In this document: piece by piece, positions 18,347 to 27,914 of the stretch
Layout of the letters: each line of letters opens with the position of its first letter
Position numbering within the stretch: the stretch's first letter is position 1
Origin: a virus
Direction: 5' to 3' (one strand)
Length of the DNA: 64,000 bases
IMG/VR virus record: IMGVR_UViG_3300045988_146982
Span: 1,038-65,037 of that record
Translations under genes and position numbers: made by a program
The notes under the pieces: generated by a model
Told to the model about the DNA's origin: nothing
Database searches by the model: none
What the model saw: only the letters and a program-made list of their open reading frames with translations

Positions 18347-18763
18347 TTAGGTTCTGTTTGCCGGATTCGGTTCGTTGAACTTGGCTGAAATTTTTCCAAA
18401 AGTTAGGTCTAAACTCTGTGCGTAAGTGATACTTTTGCCGAGATAAATCAGATGATAAATCTCGCTACTATTAGCCGGGACTTGAATATCAACCTTGCCT
18501 TTATAAAGCTCATCGAAGAAAGCTTTTTTCTTTGATTGATAATCGGACCGAGAACTACCCTCGATAGCAAACGAAAGAGTTATTTCCCTTTCATCGACTT
18601 TAGGATTATTGATTATCACACGTTTTCCATGTTCCAACCGGGACTTATTTTCTATAAATTCTTTCATGGGTGATGATGCTCCAAGTACATCAAGAAAGCC
18701 CTCTCCCATTCTTACCCCCCATGTTGTGTAGGCGTCTTGGGTATTTATCAATAAATCTGACAT
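18347..18763 (-). CDS. Hypothetical tail protein (distal-tail position)
   Basis: 138-aa ORF immediately after the tape measure gene. Confidence 0.4.
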   Translation of the reverse strand: MSDLLINTQDAYTTWGVRMGEGFLDVLGASSPMKEFIENKSRLEHGKRVIINNPKVDEREITLSFAIEGSSRSDYQSKKKAFFDELYKGKVDIQVPANSSEIYHLIYLGKSITYAQSLDLTFGKISAKFNEPNPANRT

Positions 18764-18766
18764 AGT

Positions 18767-21700
18767 TTATAATTTAGATGTATTGTTTTTCACTTCTGCC
18801 ATATCTTTCTGAATTTGAATGATTGGTTTTACAATAGCTCCTGTATTTTCCGAAATCTGTACCAATTCAAGATAAGATTGTGCTATCAAATCTCGCGTAT
18901 CATCAGCGATATTCCTTGTTTCCGTATTTATGGAAAGTAGAGCATCTGCTTTTACTGTCAGTAGATTAAGTGATTGAGATTGAATAATATTCTGATTCTT
19001 TATCTCTTCTCCTGCAATCTGCAATGCTGTAAACCGCCCGTTCAACTCTTCGCCGGTATCTTGACTCATTACCTGAAAGCCTTTGGATGAAGCTGACTGC
19101 GATGTTGATTCTTGCGAAATTTTATCATATCCGGTTGCTGCGGCAAGCTCGTCACGCAGTTTCATGGCTTCTTCAATGTAGCCCATATACTCAGCATTCA
19201 GCGCATTTCTTTCGGATTCCGTCAAAGAACCATCCTCCATACCCTTTGCGAATTTCTCATACCACTTCTTTAGCTTGTCCTGATAGAGTGCGCCTACCTG
19301 CTCGGAGAGCATAGCTCGCATGAAATATTCCGATATGTCTTCGGCAGCATCTTTGGATGATGCTTTCATATCCATTAAGGTATCTATAAAGTTACTGTAC
19401 ACACCATCGAATGTGGTTTGTGTAAGCTGCTCGTTTATCTGATTATGAATTTCCTCAATGCGTTCTTCCCCATCGATAATTTTATCAAGGTAATTTCTAA
19501 CATCCTCATCTAATTTAGCCCAAAAAGTAGGTGCTTCCGATTTAAGTCTCTCCAATTGTTCGGTAGAAAGGTCAAACAGGCTTTCCATTCTTCCGGTTGA
19601 GATTTCTTTAAACCACTGTTCGTCATTAAGAGCTTTGCGCGCTTCTTCCCATCCCTGTTCGGACATTCCCTTGCGAATTCGCACACCTATGGAGTGGGAA
19701 CCGGCTGATGAACCTGCGTTCAGTCTTTCTTTACCAAGAATACGGTAACTCTCAATACTTTTTTCCGCCAATTCTAAGGCTTCCTCTCCTACCTTATTAG
19801 CTTCAGCCCCGTAAGATGTGTTGATGTATTCCAACTTTTTGTCTATCAGTTCATCCCAAATATCGTTCAATAGGCTATATTGCTCTACCATCTCGTTATA
19901 ATGGGAATAGTCTGCACCGAACAGACCGTCAAGGGCAGACACAACAGATGACATTCCACTGACAGCACTCATGGCACCACCCACAATGTCACCGGACATA
20001 ATTTGACCGACACCGGCGGCTGTAGTACCCAATCCCCCTAAAGCATCGGTAATTCCTGTTATAGCGGAATCGCTGGCACCGAATATATTGGCGATGTTAG
20101 TGCCGAACTCACCCAACGCAGGAGCAAAAGACGTTACGGCATTTCCTATATCGGTGATGCCTTGACCGACTTTCTTGGAATCGTTGCCACCCTTTTTTAT
20201 GGCTTTTATCCCTTTCTCCAGGTCAGAGACGAAAGCCTGCCACGGTGATTTGCCTTTCAGCTCATCCTTTAGCCCCCTGATTGCATCCGTTACATCCTTT
20301 ATGGAGATTTCACCCTTTTCTATCTTTTCAATATCCTTATCAGTGAATCCGAGTGCTTTCAATTCGTCAAGTGTAACATTCGTTCCGTCACTTTCCTTTG
20401 TACCAGACATGTACTTGACAAGTGTTTCATACTTGTCAATAATAGTCTGAATGGCGGATACCGATTTATTGCCAGCGTCTTCAAAGAGGTCTGCCATTGC
20501 CTTTGCGGAGTGACCAAACTGTTCATCCAGTTGTTCTACAGCCTGATTCTTTTCGGCTACCTTGATAGCGTATTCAGGACTATCTGTGTGCAGCTTGGCT
20601 ATCTCATCATCATACTTCTGCACAAGGTTTTTTCGTTTCTCTTGATAGTTGCCAAACTCGATGAAGTATTCCTGCCAAGCCTTTTTGTCGGATTCAAACT
20701 TTTCTTTATTCAAATCGGAAATTGATTTGTCACGCTTACTTTCTGCCTGCGAATATGAAAGGGAAATCTGTATAAATTGTTCCTGAGTAAGTTTTCCACC
20801 ATTGGCTTTTGTCCATTCCTGTTCCTGCTTCCGAATAGCGTCCAGTTCTTTCTGATAGTCCAAGTCAATCTGAGCCAGTTTCTTTTCTGTTCCATCAGCC
20901 ATGAGGTTGATTTCATCCTGCTGGTTCTTACGGCGGAGGGAGAGAAGTTGTTCGGCAAGCTGTTCTTGCTGCTTAAGTCGGTTTTCGGCTTCTTCTTGAC
21001 GTCTTTTCCTTTCTTTTTCACCAATCTTTGAAGAATCTTCATTCGGGTTGAATATCAAATCATTGACATCTATGTTTTGTGCTAATTCATTTTGAGATTT
21101 ATTTAGCTCGTATATATCACGTCTAAGTTTAGCAATGCCTTCATCTATTTCTTCGACCTTACCCAAAGCTGCACCAACCATCATTTGTCGACCTGCATAT
21201 ATATCGGGATTTGCCTCTCTGTCTATTTTATTTCTTAATTCAATCTGTTTGTCAAGTTTTAGTTGCGCATTTTCTCTTTTAGCATATTCTTCTGTTATTT
21301 TAGCCTCATTTTCCAATATTTTTTTAGCATTCTCTGTCATTTTATCCTGTGCAGCCCTCGCACGTGCAGATGCAATAATCGAAGAAGTAAGTCTTGCATA
21401 AGCGTCAGCTGCCTTTCCCGTTAGAATTTCTTCTTCTGAAAGATTTTTGAAGAAATCAGGATATGATTTTTGTAGCTCATCAACAGCTTTTTTTCTTTCA
21501 CGAATAGGCTTTGAAGCATTTTGAGTAGCTTTATATAATAATTCCAACTTTGTTATTTCAGATTGAGCATTTTGAACTCCTTTTAATTGGACGTCATTTA
21601 GTTGTTGTTGAATATCAACAAGAGGTTTCATGACATTCTTAGCATTAAACAGCCCTGCAACCCAATCCACCGCCTTATCGCCATAAAGAGTAAGCAGTGT

Positions 21701-22759
21701 AATACCAACCGTTAATGCAGTCTGCCATGAGAATAAAGAAGAGGCAACCTGTTTCCACACCGGAGTAGCAGACTGCCCCGATTTTTTCAACAAATCATAT
21801 TCGATACGTGCACGCTTAATTTCATCGGCTAAAATTGGAAGGTTGTTAGAAATGGCAGAAAAAAACACTTTCGGACCGTAAGCCAAAGAAGGAAGTTCGC
21901 GTCCTACTTGCTGGATAGACATACTAAGTCCGTTCCACTGCTTGCCATAATTACCAACATTGCGTTGGTGATTGCCTATTGTCGCATCAAGCTCCTTAAT
22001 TTTTGCGTCAGCTTGATTAATGGAAGTAAGGAGTTCTTTTCCAAAAGGAGAATTACGCTCTTCTTCCGTCAGTTCACGATAAGCAATTCGCATCCTTGAC
22101 AAAGACTGCGACAGCCCTTTCATAGAAGTGGAGGCAACATTATCCAACTTGACATTATTATTCAGAGTTTGCCGTATCTCTGCCAAAGCCTCTTTGTGCG
22201 TCAGCAAGGAATTGTTTAGCTGTTCAAGCCGTTTTTGTTGAGCAGAAGACAAGGAAGAATAATCACCTTGTGACTTGTTGATTTTCTTGATTTCAACATT
22301 AATCAAACGGATAGCGTTCATTTCATCTATCATTCTCTTGACATTCTCTTCTCTTGTGCCAAGAATACCGTTTATCTCAGTTCTCAGGTCATCATAAGCC
22401 TTTGCTTGTGCTTGAATGCTTGCTGTTTCAGCTGTGTTTGTTTGTGTTGATGTATTTCCACTCTGTGTTGGAATCCCTGCTGGTTTAGAAACTTGTTCCT
22501 GCGCTTGAACAATCTTTTCAGTCGCCTTATTGATTCGGCTGGTTGAAAGCATGATTTTCGCTTCCGCTGCCGCTATTTTATCCACCAATACATCATATTG
22601 CCCAAGCAAAGAGGTAAGTTGTGATTGCAATCCTTTCGCTATATCAATATCCACTTTAATATTAATACCCATCAATGCTTTTTTGACATTTTCTATCTCG
22701 TTCTTCAGTTTGCGCAACTTCTGAACATCACTGTCTACATTTGAAATAATGCCTGCCAT
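18767..22759 (-). CDS. Tape measure protein
   Basis: 1330 aa, mostly coiled coil, with a glycine-rich hydrophobic block ITDALGGLGTTAAGVGQIMSGDIVGGAMSAVSGMSSVVSALDGLFG. Confidence 0.85.
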   Translation of the reverse strand: MAGIISNVDSDVQKLRKLKNEIENVKKALMGINIKVDIDIAKGLQSQLTSLLGQYDVLVDKIAAAEAKIMLSTSRINKATEKIVQAQEQVSKPAGIPTQSGNTSTQTNTAETASIQAQAKAYDDLRTEINGILGTREENVKRMIDEMNAIRLINVEIKKINKSQGDYSSLSSAQQKRLEQLNNSLLTHKEALAEIRQTLNNNVKLDNVASTSMKGLSQSLSRMRIAYRELTEEERNSPFGKELLTSINQADAKIKELDATIGNHQRNVGNYGKQWNGLSMSIQQVGRELPSLAYGPKVFFSAISNNLPILADEIKRARIEYDLLKKSGQSATPVWKQVASSLFSWQTALTVGITLLTLYGDKAVDWVAGLFNAKNVMKPLVDIQQQLNDVQLKGVQNAQSEITKLELLYKATQNASKPIRERKKAVDELQKSYPDFFKNLSEEEILTGKAADAYARLTSSIIASARARAAQDKMTENAKKILENEAKITEEYAKRENAQLKLDKQIELRNKIDREANPDIYAGRQMMVGAALGKVEEIDEGIAKLRRDIYELNKSQNELAQNIDVNDLIFNPNEDSSKIGEKERKRRQEEAENRLKQQEQLAEQLLSLRRKNQQDEINLMADGTEKKLAQIDLDYQKELDAIRKQEQEWTKANGGKLTQEQFIQISLSYSQAESKRDKSISDLNKEKFESDKKAWQEYFIEFGNYQEKRKNLVQKYDDEIAKLHTDSPEYAIKVAEKNQAVEQLDEQFGHSAKAMADLFEDAGNKSVSAIQTIIDKYETLVKYMSGTKESDGTNVTLDELKALGFTDKDIEKIEKGEISIKDVTDAIRGLKDELKGKSPWQAFVSDLEKGIKAIKKGGNDSKKVGQGITDIGNAVTSFAPALGEFGTNIANIFGASDSAITGITDALGGLGTTAAGVGQIMSGDIVGGAMSAVSGMSSVVSALDGLFGADYSHYNEMVEQYSLLNDIWDELIDKKLEYINTSYGAEANKVGEEALELAEKSIESYRILGKERLNAGSSAGSHSIGVRIRKGMSEQGWEEARKALNDEQWFKEISTGRMESLFDLSTEQLERLKSEAPTFWAKLDEDVRNYLDKIIDGEERIEEIHNQINEQLTQTTFDGVYSNFIDTLMDMKASSKDAAEDISEYFMRAMLSEQVGALYQDKLKKWYEKFAKGMEDGSLTESERNALNAEYMGYIEEAMKLRDELAAATGYDKISQESTSQSASSKGFQVMSQDTGEELNGRFTALQIAGEEIKNQNIIQSQSLNLLTVKADALLSINTETRNIADDTRDLIAQSYLELVQISENTGAIVKPIIQIQKDMAEVKNNTSKL

Positions 22760-22761
22760 AT

Positions 22762-23157
22762 CTATAATTTTTTTTCTATTTGTCTACCTGCATACAAGAT
22801 ACCATTAGTCATAATAACTTCAAACCCTTTACTTTCGACATAGCTTGCATAAGGCTGACCGTTAGCCAAATAAAGCCCATCCTTTGATTTTTCGGAATAA
22901 ATCAGAAGATTCTCTGTATTTCTTACCGCTTCGGAATGAGAACCGTCTGATTCCACCCACATATCTACTATTTTCCCATTACGGACAACACATCCCCCAT
23001 TTGCATTATTCAAGTTGCCAGTCCTATTTTCATAAGTCTTGTTAATCTTCGCATTTCGGGTGGCGTCTCTCCCTATTTGAGAAAGGGTATTATAATATCT
23101 ATCGTCTACACTTTCAAGTAACTCATCTAATCCAGATGTATCTCCTCTAAACTCCAT
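22762..23157 (-). CDS. HK97 gp10-like tail-completion-type protein (weak call)
   Basis: Shares the motif YASYVESKGFEV...YA with ORF 30734-31033 (YASFVESKGYDV...YA). Confidence 0.35.
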   Translation of the reverse strand: MEFRGDTSGLDELLESVDDRYYNTLSQIGRDATRNAKINKTYENRTGNLNNANGGCVVRNGKIVDMWVESDGSHSEAVRNTENLLIYSEKSKDGLYLANGQPYASYVESKGFEVIMTNGILYAGRQIEKKL

Positions 23158-23222
23158 TATTTTTTCATTTGTGCTAAATTCGACAAATACAAGTTATCCA
23201 GCAATATTTCAAGTATTTGATA

Positions 23223-23246
23223 TGCGACAACGGAATAATTGTCGTG
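23223..23246. repeat. Degenerate copy of the CACGACAAT palindrome family
   Basis: TGCGACAA cggaataa TTGTCGTG, about 70 nt upstream of the 23157 start. Confidence 0.45.
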
Positions 23247-23275
23247 AAATAATTGGAAATGATTGATTTTTGAGA

Positions 23276-23283
23276 TATTTTTG
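23276..23283 (+). promoter_or_regulatory. Bacteroides-type -7 promoter box for the lipoprotein moron
   Basis: TATTTTTG lies 30 nt upstream of ATG 23313. Confidence 0.5.
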
Positions 23284-23312
23284 CAAACGTTTAAGTTAAT
23301 AAATGTACTGTC

Positions 23313-24203
23313 ATGAAAAATACACTGCTTCTGATATTGTCAATATTTGCTTTTTCAAGTTGCAATAAGTCATATAAATATGTGGAAACGGTTAAAGAAA
23401 AGTCATTATTCAGCAACTCTTACAATGAGAAGGAGGAGGAACCTAAGACGATAAGCTCAAAGAATGATTCCCTTGCGTATTTAGAAGCATATCAAAAATT
23501 TTGCATTTCTCAAAAAGTTTATAAAGATATGACTAATCAAGGAATAGAGTTTGTTAATATTCCGATAAAATTCTCACTGTACAACTCAAACGGTGAAAAA
23601 GTAAATCCGTATATAAACCAATCAACCCTTGACAATATAAAAAATAATGTTATGTCTTTAGATGATAACATTGGAAAAACAATATCGGACATAAAAAAAG
23701 AAAAACAAAATCCTATTGATTCTATAACAGTAAAAAAAATATCCTCTTTATTTACATTTAACAAGGACGAATTTGACCCACGTGAACTAACATGGATTAA
23801 ACCAAAATCTGCTCCCCAATATACCAACCAGAATGGAATATATTGTTATTTTATGAAAGATATTGATGGGGTATCAAACTTTAGACTCAGAATACAATAT
23901 TATTCTGACGATTGGTTATTCATTCGCAAATATCAATTTTCTATTGACAATAAAGCTTATGAATTTATCCCCAATAATGTAGAAACTGATTCAGGTAATG
24001 GAGGATATATATGGGAATGGTGTGATGAAAATATCCATTCCAATAATGACATTGAATTAATAAAGGCACTTTCTAATGCTAAAACTGCAAAAATAAAATT
24101 TATTGGAAGGCAATATCACGATATAAAAACCATATCACAAAAACAGATTAAAGGAATAAAAGATGCCGTAAACTTATATCTCGCAATGGGAGGGAGTTTG
24201 TAA
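23313..24203 (+). CDS. Lipoprotein moron (296 aa) on the opposite strand
   Basis: Signal peptide plus lipobox MKNTLLLILSIFAFSSC, with its own promoter and a terminator. Confidence 0.7.
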   Translation: MKNTLLLILSIFAFSSCNKSYKYVETVKEKSLFSNSYNEKEEEPKTISSKNDSLAYLEAYQKFCISQKVYKDMTNQGIEFVNIPIKFSLYNSNGEKVNPYINQSTLDNIKNNVMSLDDNIGKTISDIKKEKQNPIDSITVKKISSLFTFNKDEFDPRELTWIKPKSAPQYTNQNGIYCYFMKDIDGVSNFRLRIQYYSDDWLFIRKYQFSIDNKAYEFIPNNVETDSGNGGYIWEWCDENIHSNNDIELIKALSNAKTAKIKFIGRQYHDIKTISQKQIKGIKDAVNLYLAMGGSL

Positions 24204-24215
24204 TATTCATATTAA

Positions 24216-24241
24216 GCGCACCCCAACCTAATGAGGTGCGC
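24216..24241. terminator. Bidirectional hairpin between convergent genes
   Basis: GCGCACC (24216-24222) pairs with GGTGCGC (24235-24241), between stop codons at 24203 (+) and 24250 (-). Confidence 0.5.
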
Positions 24242-24249
24242 ATTATTAT

Positions 24250-25071
24250 TTAAGCAGCATCTTTACCTAAGAACTTCTCTACAAAGTAAATCTGCCCTTT
24301 GCCAGTAACTTTTGTAGTAGTAGTTACCAATACAGAACCATCCGGCTTAGTGATTGATGTTTTCTTCAATTCAAAAAGCCCCAATTTCATGGCTTTCTGT
24401 GTCGGTTGATTGTAGTAGTCACCTTTTTGGCAAAGGTAGCCGTTTTCACGCATCCAGCTAAACAAACGGTTCTGACCGATATTCACTCCATTTTGTTGCA
24501 GTATCTTTGCTAATTCAGCAACCAAGCAAGAACGTTGAGAAGTTGAAACGGCATCGGCAAAAAGGACTTTAGGTGCATCTTTCTGAATCTTCTGTTCGGC
24601 TTCGATACGCTTCTGTTTTTCTTCTTTCAAGTTGGTTGCAAGCTGAATCAGAAAATCGGGTGAGGTCAAAGCCTTTTCAAGTGTATCGCTGGTCATGTAT
24701 GCACCATGTTTGCGGATTGAGGGCAAAACTTCATCGCAAACCCAATCTTGGAACTTTTCGGCATCCGGCAATTTAGATTTCATAGTTAAACGATAAACCT
24801 CGCTTTCCTTGCCGTACTTTATGTCTTGTACACCGCCATTTGTGGGGGTCGGCAAAATAACGACCCCTTTACAGTGTTGATTTACAGCATCGGCAGGGCT
24901 GCTATACCCAAGGGCTTTTGCAACATCTGCCAAACAAAACAACGGTTCTTCATTCTCATTCATAGCAATTCTTACTTTTCCGAACTGCTCATTTTGGAAA
25001 ATCTGAATATTATTCATACTTTTACACAGTTTTAAAAATTGAACCCCACCAAAGGACGCTCCTAACTTCAT
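24250..25071 (-). CDS. ant: Antirepressor (Bro-N domain + KilA-C/ANT domain)
   Basis: Bro-N-like IFQNEQFGKVRIAMNENEEPLFCLADVAKALGY. The C-terminal half fits the KilAC pattern (LVAELAKIL...NRLFSWMRENGYL). The probable true start, MNNIQIF, is at 25017. Confidence 0.8.
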   Translation of the reverse strand: MKLGASFGGVQFLKLCKSMNNIQIFQNEQFGKVRIAMNENEEPLFCLADVAKALGYSSPADAVNQHCKGVVILPTPTNGGVQDIKYGKESEVYRLTMKSKLPDAEKFQDWVCDEVLPSIRKHGAYMTSDTLEKALTSPDFLIQLATNLKEEKQKRIEAEQKIQKDAPKVLFADAVSTSQRSCLVAELAKILQQNGVNIGQNRLFSWMRENGYLCQKGDYYNQPTQKAMKLGLFELKKTSITKPDGSVLVTTTTKVTGKGQIYFVEKFLGKDAA

Positions 25072-25175
25072 CCGATGGCGGGGTTTATACTTTTCAGCTG
25101 TTAGGATAGCTGCGTTATTTCTGTTTGCGAATTTACCACTAACCGATTGCGTGACCTAAAAAGTGTCGTGCGTAG

Positions 25176-25201
25176 TCACGGCAATCAATCTATTGTCGTA
25201 A
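25176..25201. repeat. Copy of the CACGACAAT palindrome family (imperfect)
   Basis: TCACGGCAAT caatct ATTGTCGTAA, upstream of the antirepressor start. Confidence 0.5.
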
Positions 25202-25581
25202 ATTCGTTGCAAACTTATCTTATAATCGTGTGAAAGAAGAATTAGCGCCCATTGGGTTCGTGACATCAAAGCTATTGTCACAAAATAATTGGCGGTTCTC
25301 TAATTCTATGCTGTTTCATACTCATTTCTTTAATACTTCATCAATCATATTACGAAGTTCTTTTAATTCTTCTTCGGTCAATCCGTACACATTACCCAAT
25401 GCAGAAGGTTTCTCTATTTTAAGAGCGTATTTTACCCCCCCCTGTTGCTTTTCTATTGGTATGATACCGATACTAAATCGTTTACTCATTTCTTGTTACT
25501 TTTAAGTTTATTACTATGTTTCTAATCTCTGATTTGGTAGCTTGATTTGGCGGTGGTCTGATATTGAGGTTCATAATCGTG

Positions 25582-26070
25582 TTAATAAGCCATTGCATCA
25601 TATACCACACTAAGTTTCTCGTAAAACTCTTGTTCTGCTTCTTTGCTCATTTTGGCTCTCATAAAGTCCCTACAAGCACGGACAAGTTTCACGAACAAAA
25701 CCTTTTCAATCGGTTTATATGTTCTTATATCATTGATACCTAATGTAGCCGTTTTAACTCTTGGTATATAACTGTTGATGATACGGTAGTGACTGTTTTC
25801 TAATATCTTACCATTGGATTTAATACCGTTGAAATAGTATTTGCCTTTTACTTTTGCTATCCAATCATTTATCAGAATATTTCGGAAGCGTTTTTCTTTA
25901 TCGTCTTGAAAAGGATACACACTTCTATCACAATAGACTCTTGTAGCCGAAACAAGCTCTAAAAATACAACTTCATTAAATGGCATATAAGGTTGAAACT
26001 CTTTACATAATCTAATCAGTTGTAGTTGCTGCTTTATGTTCAATTTTTCAAAATACATTTTTGTATTCAT
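25582..26070 (-). CDS. Hypothetical protein (162 aa)
   Basis: ORF in the leftward island operon, preceded by the leader motif TTATGTGTTTATACTAT. Confidence 0.5.
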   Translation of the reverse strand: MNTKMYFEKLNIKQQLQLIRLCKEFQPYMPFNEVVFLELVSATRVYCDRSVYPFQDDKEKRFRNILINDWIAKVKGKYYFNGIKSNGKILENSHYRIINSYIPRVKTATLGINDIRTYKPIEKVLFVKLVRACRDFMRAKMSKEAEQEFYEKLSVVYDAMAY

Positions 26071-26189
26071 AATTTCTATATTTTATGTGTTTATACTATC
26101 TTTGTGACTAAATTCGTAGTGCGACATAATCGCATTATGTGTTTATACTATTTTGAGCGCATTGCCTGTGAAGGTGGTGCGCTCTTTGC

Positions 26190-26468
26190 TTACCACTGTT
26201 TTACCTGTTCTTTCAATTCATCATATTTGCCGTTCATCAGCATTTCAACTTCACGATGAAAGTTTATATCAGTCAGACGAAACTCTACTAAAGCACGCTT
26301 GTACGCATCGCCCTTTTGATGAGTATTAATAAGGCGCATCATCTGTGTGCTATCCAAACCATACTTGTTTTTGCGATTAAGGTTTGTAACCCTGCGTATA
26401 TCGCTTTCTCTTAGTTCAATTGTTGCCATAATCAAGCTATCTTTATAAGGTTGCACTTTTTGAAACAT
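26190..26468 (-). CDS. Hypothetical protein (probable start MATIELRE at 26429)
   Basis: The ORF track start overlaps the upstream gene. The internal ATG sits in a GATTATG context 3 nt after the upstream stop. Confidence 0.45.
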   Translation of the reverse strand: MFQKVQPYKDSLIMATIELRESDIRRVTNLNRKNKYGLDSTQMMRLINTHQKGDAYKRALVEFRLTDINFHREVEMLMNGKYDELKEQVKQW

Positions 26469-26761
26469 CTATACTCTTCTTTTTCAGTGTCCCAATACAC
26501 TTGCAGATTATCATTCAGTTTTCTGCCTGTACCTTTCACCTCACCGATAAGATTCTCTTTGAGAGTGCCAAAGGCTTGACGTAACGTGCCGTCAGTCTTT
26601 TTGAAGTAGAACTCTACTATCTTCACTTTCATCTCACCTTTCAACTTCAAATTAGCCCATGCGCATTTTAACGCTTCACTCATTGAATAACCGTTCTTGC
26701 GAACAAACTGCCATGCTAAACTCATGACCTCTTTCATCTGACTTCTAAATTTTGTGCTCAT
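26432..26761 (-). CDS. Conserved phage protein, paralogue of 59824-60150
   Basis: Shares EVMSLAWQFV..NGY.MSEA.K.AWANLKLKGEMK.KIV.FYFKK.DG...GTL...RCFKK.NL with the other copy. It is the first gene of a leftward operon. Confidence 0.6.
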   Translation of the reverse strand: MSTKFRSQMKEVMSLAWQFVRKNGYSMSEALKCAWANLKLKGEMKVKIVEFYFKKTDGTLRQAFGTLKENLIGEVKGTGRKLNDNLQVYWDTEKEEYRCFKKCNLIKIA

Positions 26762-26810
26762 ACTACTTATGTTTTATGTGTTAATACTATTTTGTTGTAC
26801 TTTCATGATG

Positions 26811-26922
26811 CAAACATACTACTTTAATAGTATAATCCAAAAAGAAAAGAACTATTTAATTAGTATATTAACCTTATTTAATACTATTATAATAGTACAA
26901 TACACAAAGAGACGTACCTTTG
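26811..26922. promoter_or_regulatory. Divergent promoter/operator region
   Basis: -7 boxes TATGTTTG (- strand, 26811-26818) and TACCTTTG (+ strand, 26915-26922). TACTA-N6-TAGTA dyads lie at 26817-26832 and 26882-26897; the second is a perfect 16-bp palindrome. Confidence 0.55.
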
Positions 26923-26944
26923 TATAAAATTAAAGTACACGATT

Positions 26945-27223
26945 ATGAATCTAAGAATTACCGAACACTGCAAAATGCAAGGCATCACCTTACAGGAATT
27001 AGCTGATAAAATGGGGGTAGCCCGTTCGACATTAGCTAATACATTATCAAAAGGCAATCCTACCATTGAAACCCTATCCAAAATAGCGGACGCTCTCGGA
27101 GTTGAAGTAACAGACCTATTTGAAAAATCTTCCGATGAAGTTATAGGAGTTGTCCGAATTGGAGATAGCACTCACGTTATCAATAGTAAGGAGGATATTA
27201 AGAAGTTAGCGGAAAAATTATAA
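26945..27223 (+). CDS. XRE/Cro-CI family HTH transcriptional regulator
   Basis: HTH segment ITLQELADKMGVARSTLANTLSKGNPTIETLSKIADALGV. Divergent from the leftward operon that ends in ant. Confidence 0.75.
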   Translation: MNLRITEHCKMQGITLQELADKMGVARSTLANTLSKGNPTIETLSKIADALGVEVTDLFEKSSDEVIGVVRIGDSTHVINSKEDIKKLAEKL

Positions 27224-27254
27224 ACTTAACTTAATAAAATAAGGAGGTAATACT

Positions 27255-27464
27255 ATGAGCGAAAAAAAATTCAAAGAATCTGATGTAGTAATAAATACAC
27301 AAAATGGGAAGGAGTATTATATTACTCAGATAGAAAAAGTGTATGATGCAGATTTAAAACATTCAGTTCCTACGGGATATGCTGAATGCCGTCCTAATAA
27401 TTTAGATGATAATCTGCCCGATTATAATAGATTCACTATTGACATTTTAGAACTAAAAAAATAA
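27255..27464 (+). CDS. Hypothetical protein (69 aa)
   Basis: ORF co-oriented with the HTH gene. Confidence 0.4.
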   Translation: MSEKKFKESDVVINTQNGKEYYITQIEKVYDADLKHSVPTGYAECRPNNLDDNLPDYNRFTIDILELKK

Positions 27465-27468
27465 AAAT

Positions 27469-27672
27469 ATGGAAAAGAAATATATTATAAAAGGAGTTTT
27501 AAATTCTTCTGTGCTATCTTTAAACTCTTATGGAACATACTGCTTAACAAATATTTCAGATATATACCACGAGGCAGAAAAAATTAAATTCTTTGATTCA
27601 AAAGAAGATGCGGAAAGCTACATTCTACAAAATAAACTTTCCCCAGTCACCATATTGGAAATTTTCATATAA
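27469..27672 (+). CDS. Hypothetical protein (67 aa)
   Basis: ORF 4 nt after the previous stop, followed by a strong terminator. Confidence 0.4.
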   Translation: MEKKYIIKGVLNSSVLSLNSYGTYCLTNISDIYHEAEKIKFFDSKEDAESYILQNKLSPVTILEIFI

Positions 27673-27676
27673 TAGT

Positions 27677-27698
27677 AAAGCCGGATTCCTCCGGCTTT
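27677..27698 (+). terminator. Intrinsic terminator hairpin
   Basis: AAAGCCGGA (27677-27685) pairs with TCCGGCTTT (27690-27698) around a 4-nt loop, a perfect 9-bp stem. Confidence 0.7.
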
Positions 27699-27707
27699 AA
27701 CTTTACT

Positions 27708-27914
27708 TTACCCATTAGCATTTCCCATATAAGTCTTACGAGAAACCTGCTTATTCCAACTCGTTCCATTCTTGTTGAAATTTCCCAAGTACCGCCCTGT
27801 AATCCGATTCACAAGATTATTAGGATTACTTGCATCACTTCCATAACGTCTTTCTGCGATTCTATTCGCTTGTCGGGCTATTTCCCAACCTGATTTAGTT
27901 TTTCTTCTTTTGAC
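27708..27914 (-). pseudogene. Start-less 68-codon open frame (possible gene remnant)
   Basis: Open frame VKRRKTKSGWEIARQANRIAERRYG...MGNANG with no ATG/GTG/TTG start. It is in the same frame as ORF 27960-28208 but separated from it by TAG, TAA and TGA. Confidence 0.25.

Noticed and set aside
25230-25505. + strand ORF of 91 aa
   Set aside because: The region is better explained by two tiny minus-strand ORFs (25574 to about 25485, and 25489 to 25322) joined by an ATGA overlap. The first starts in the AACACGATTATG context. Neither tiny ORF is strong enough to list as a feature.
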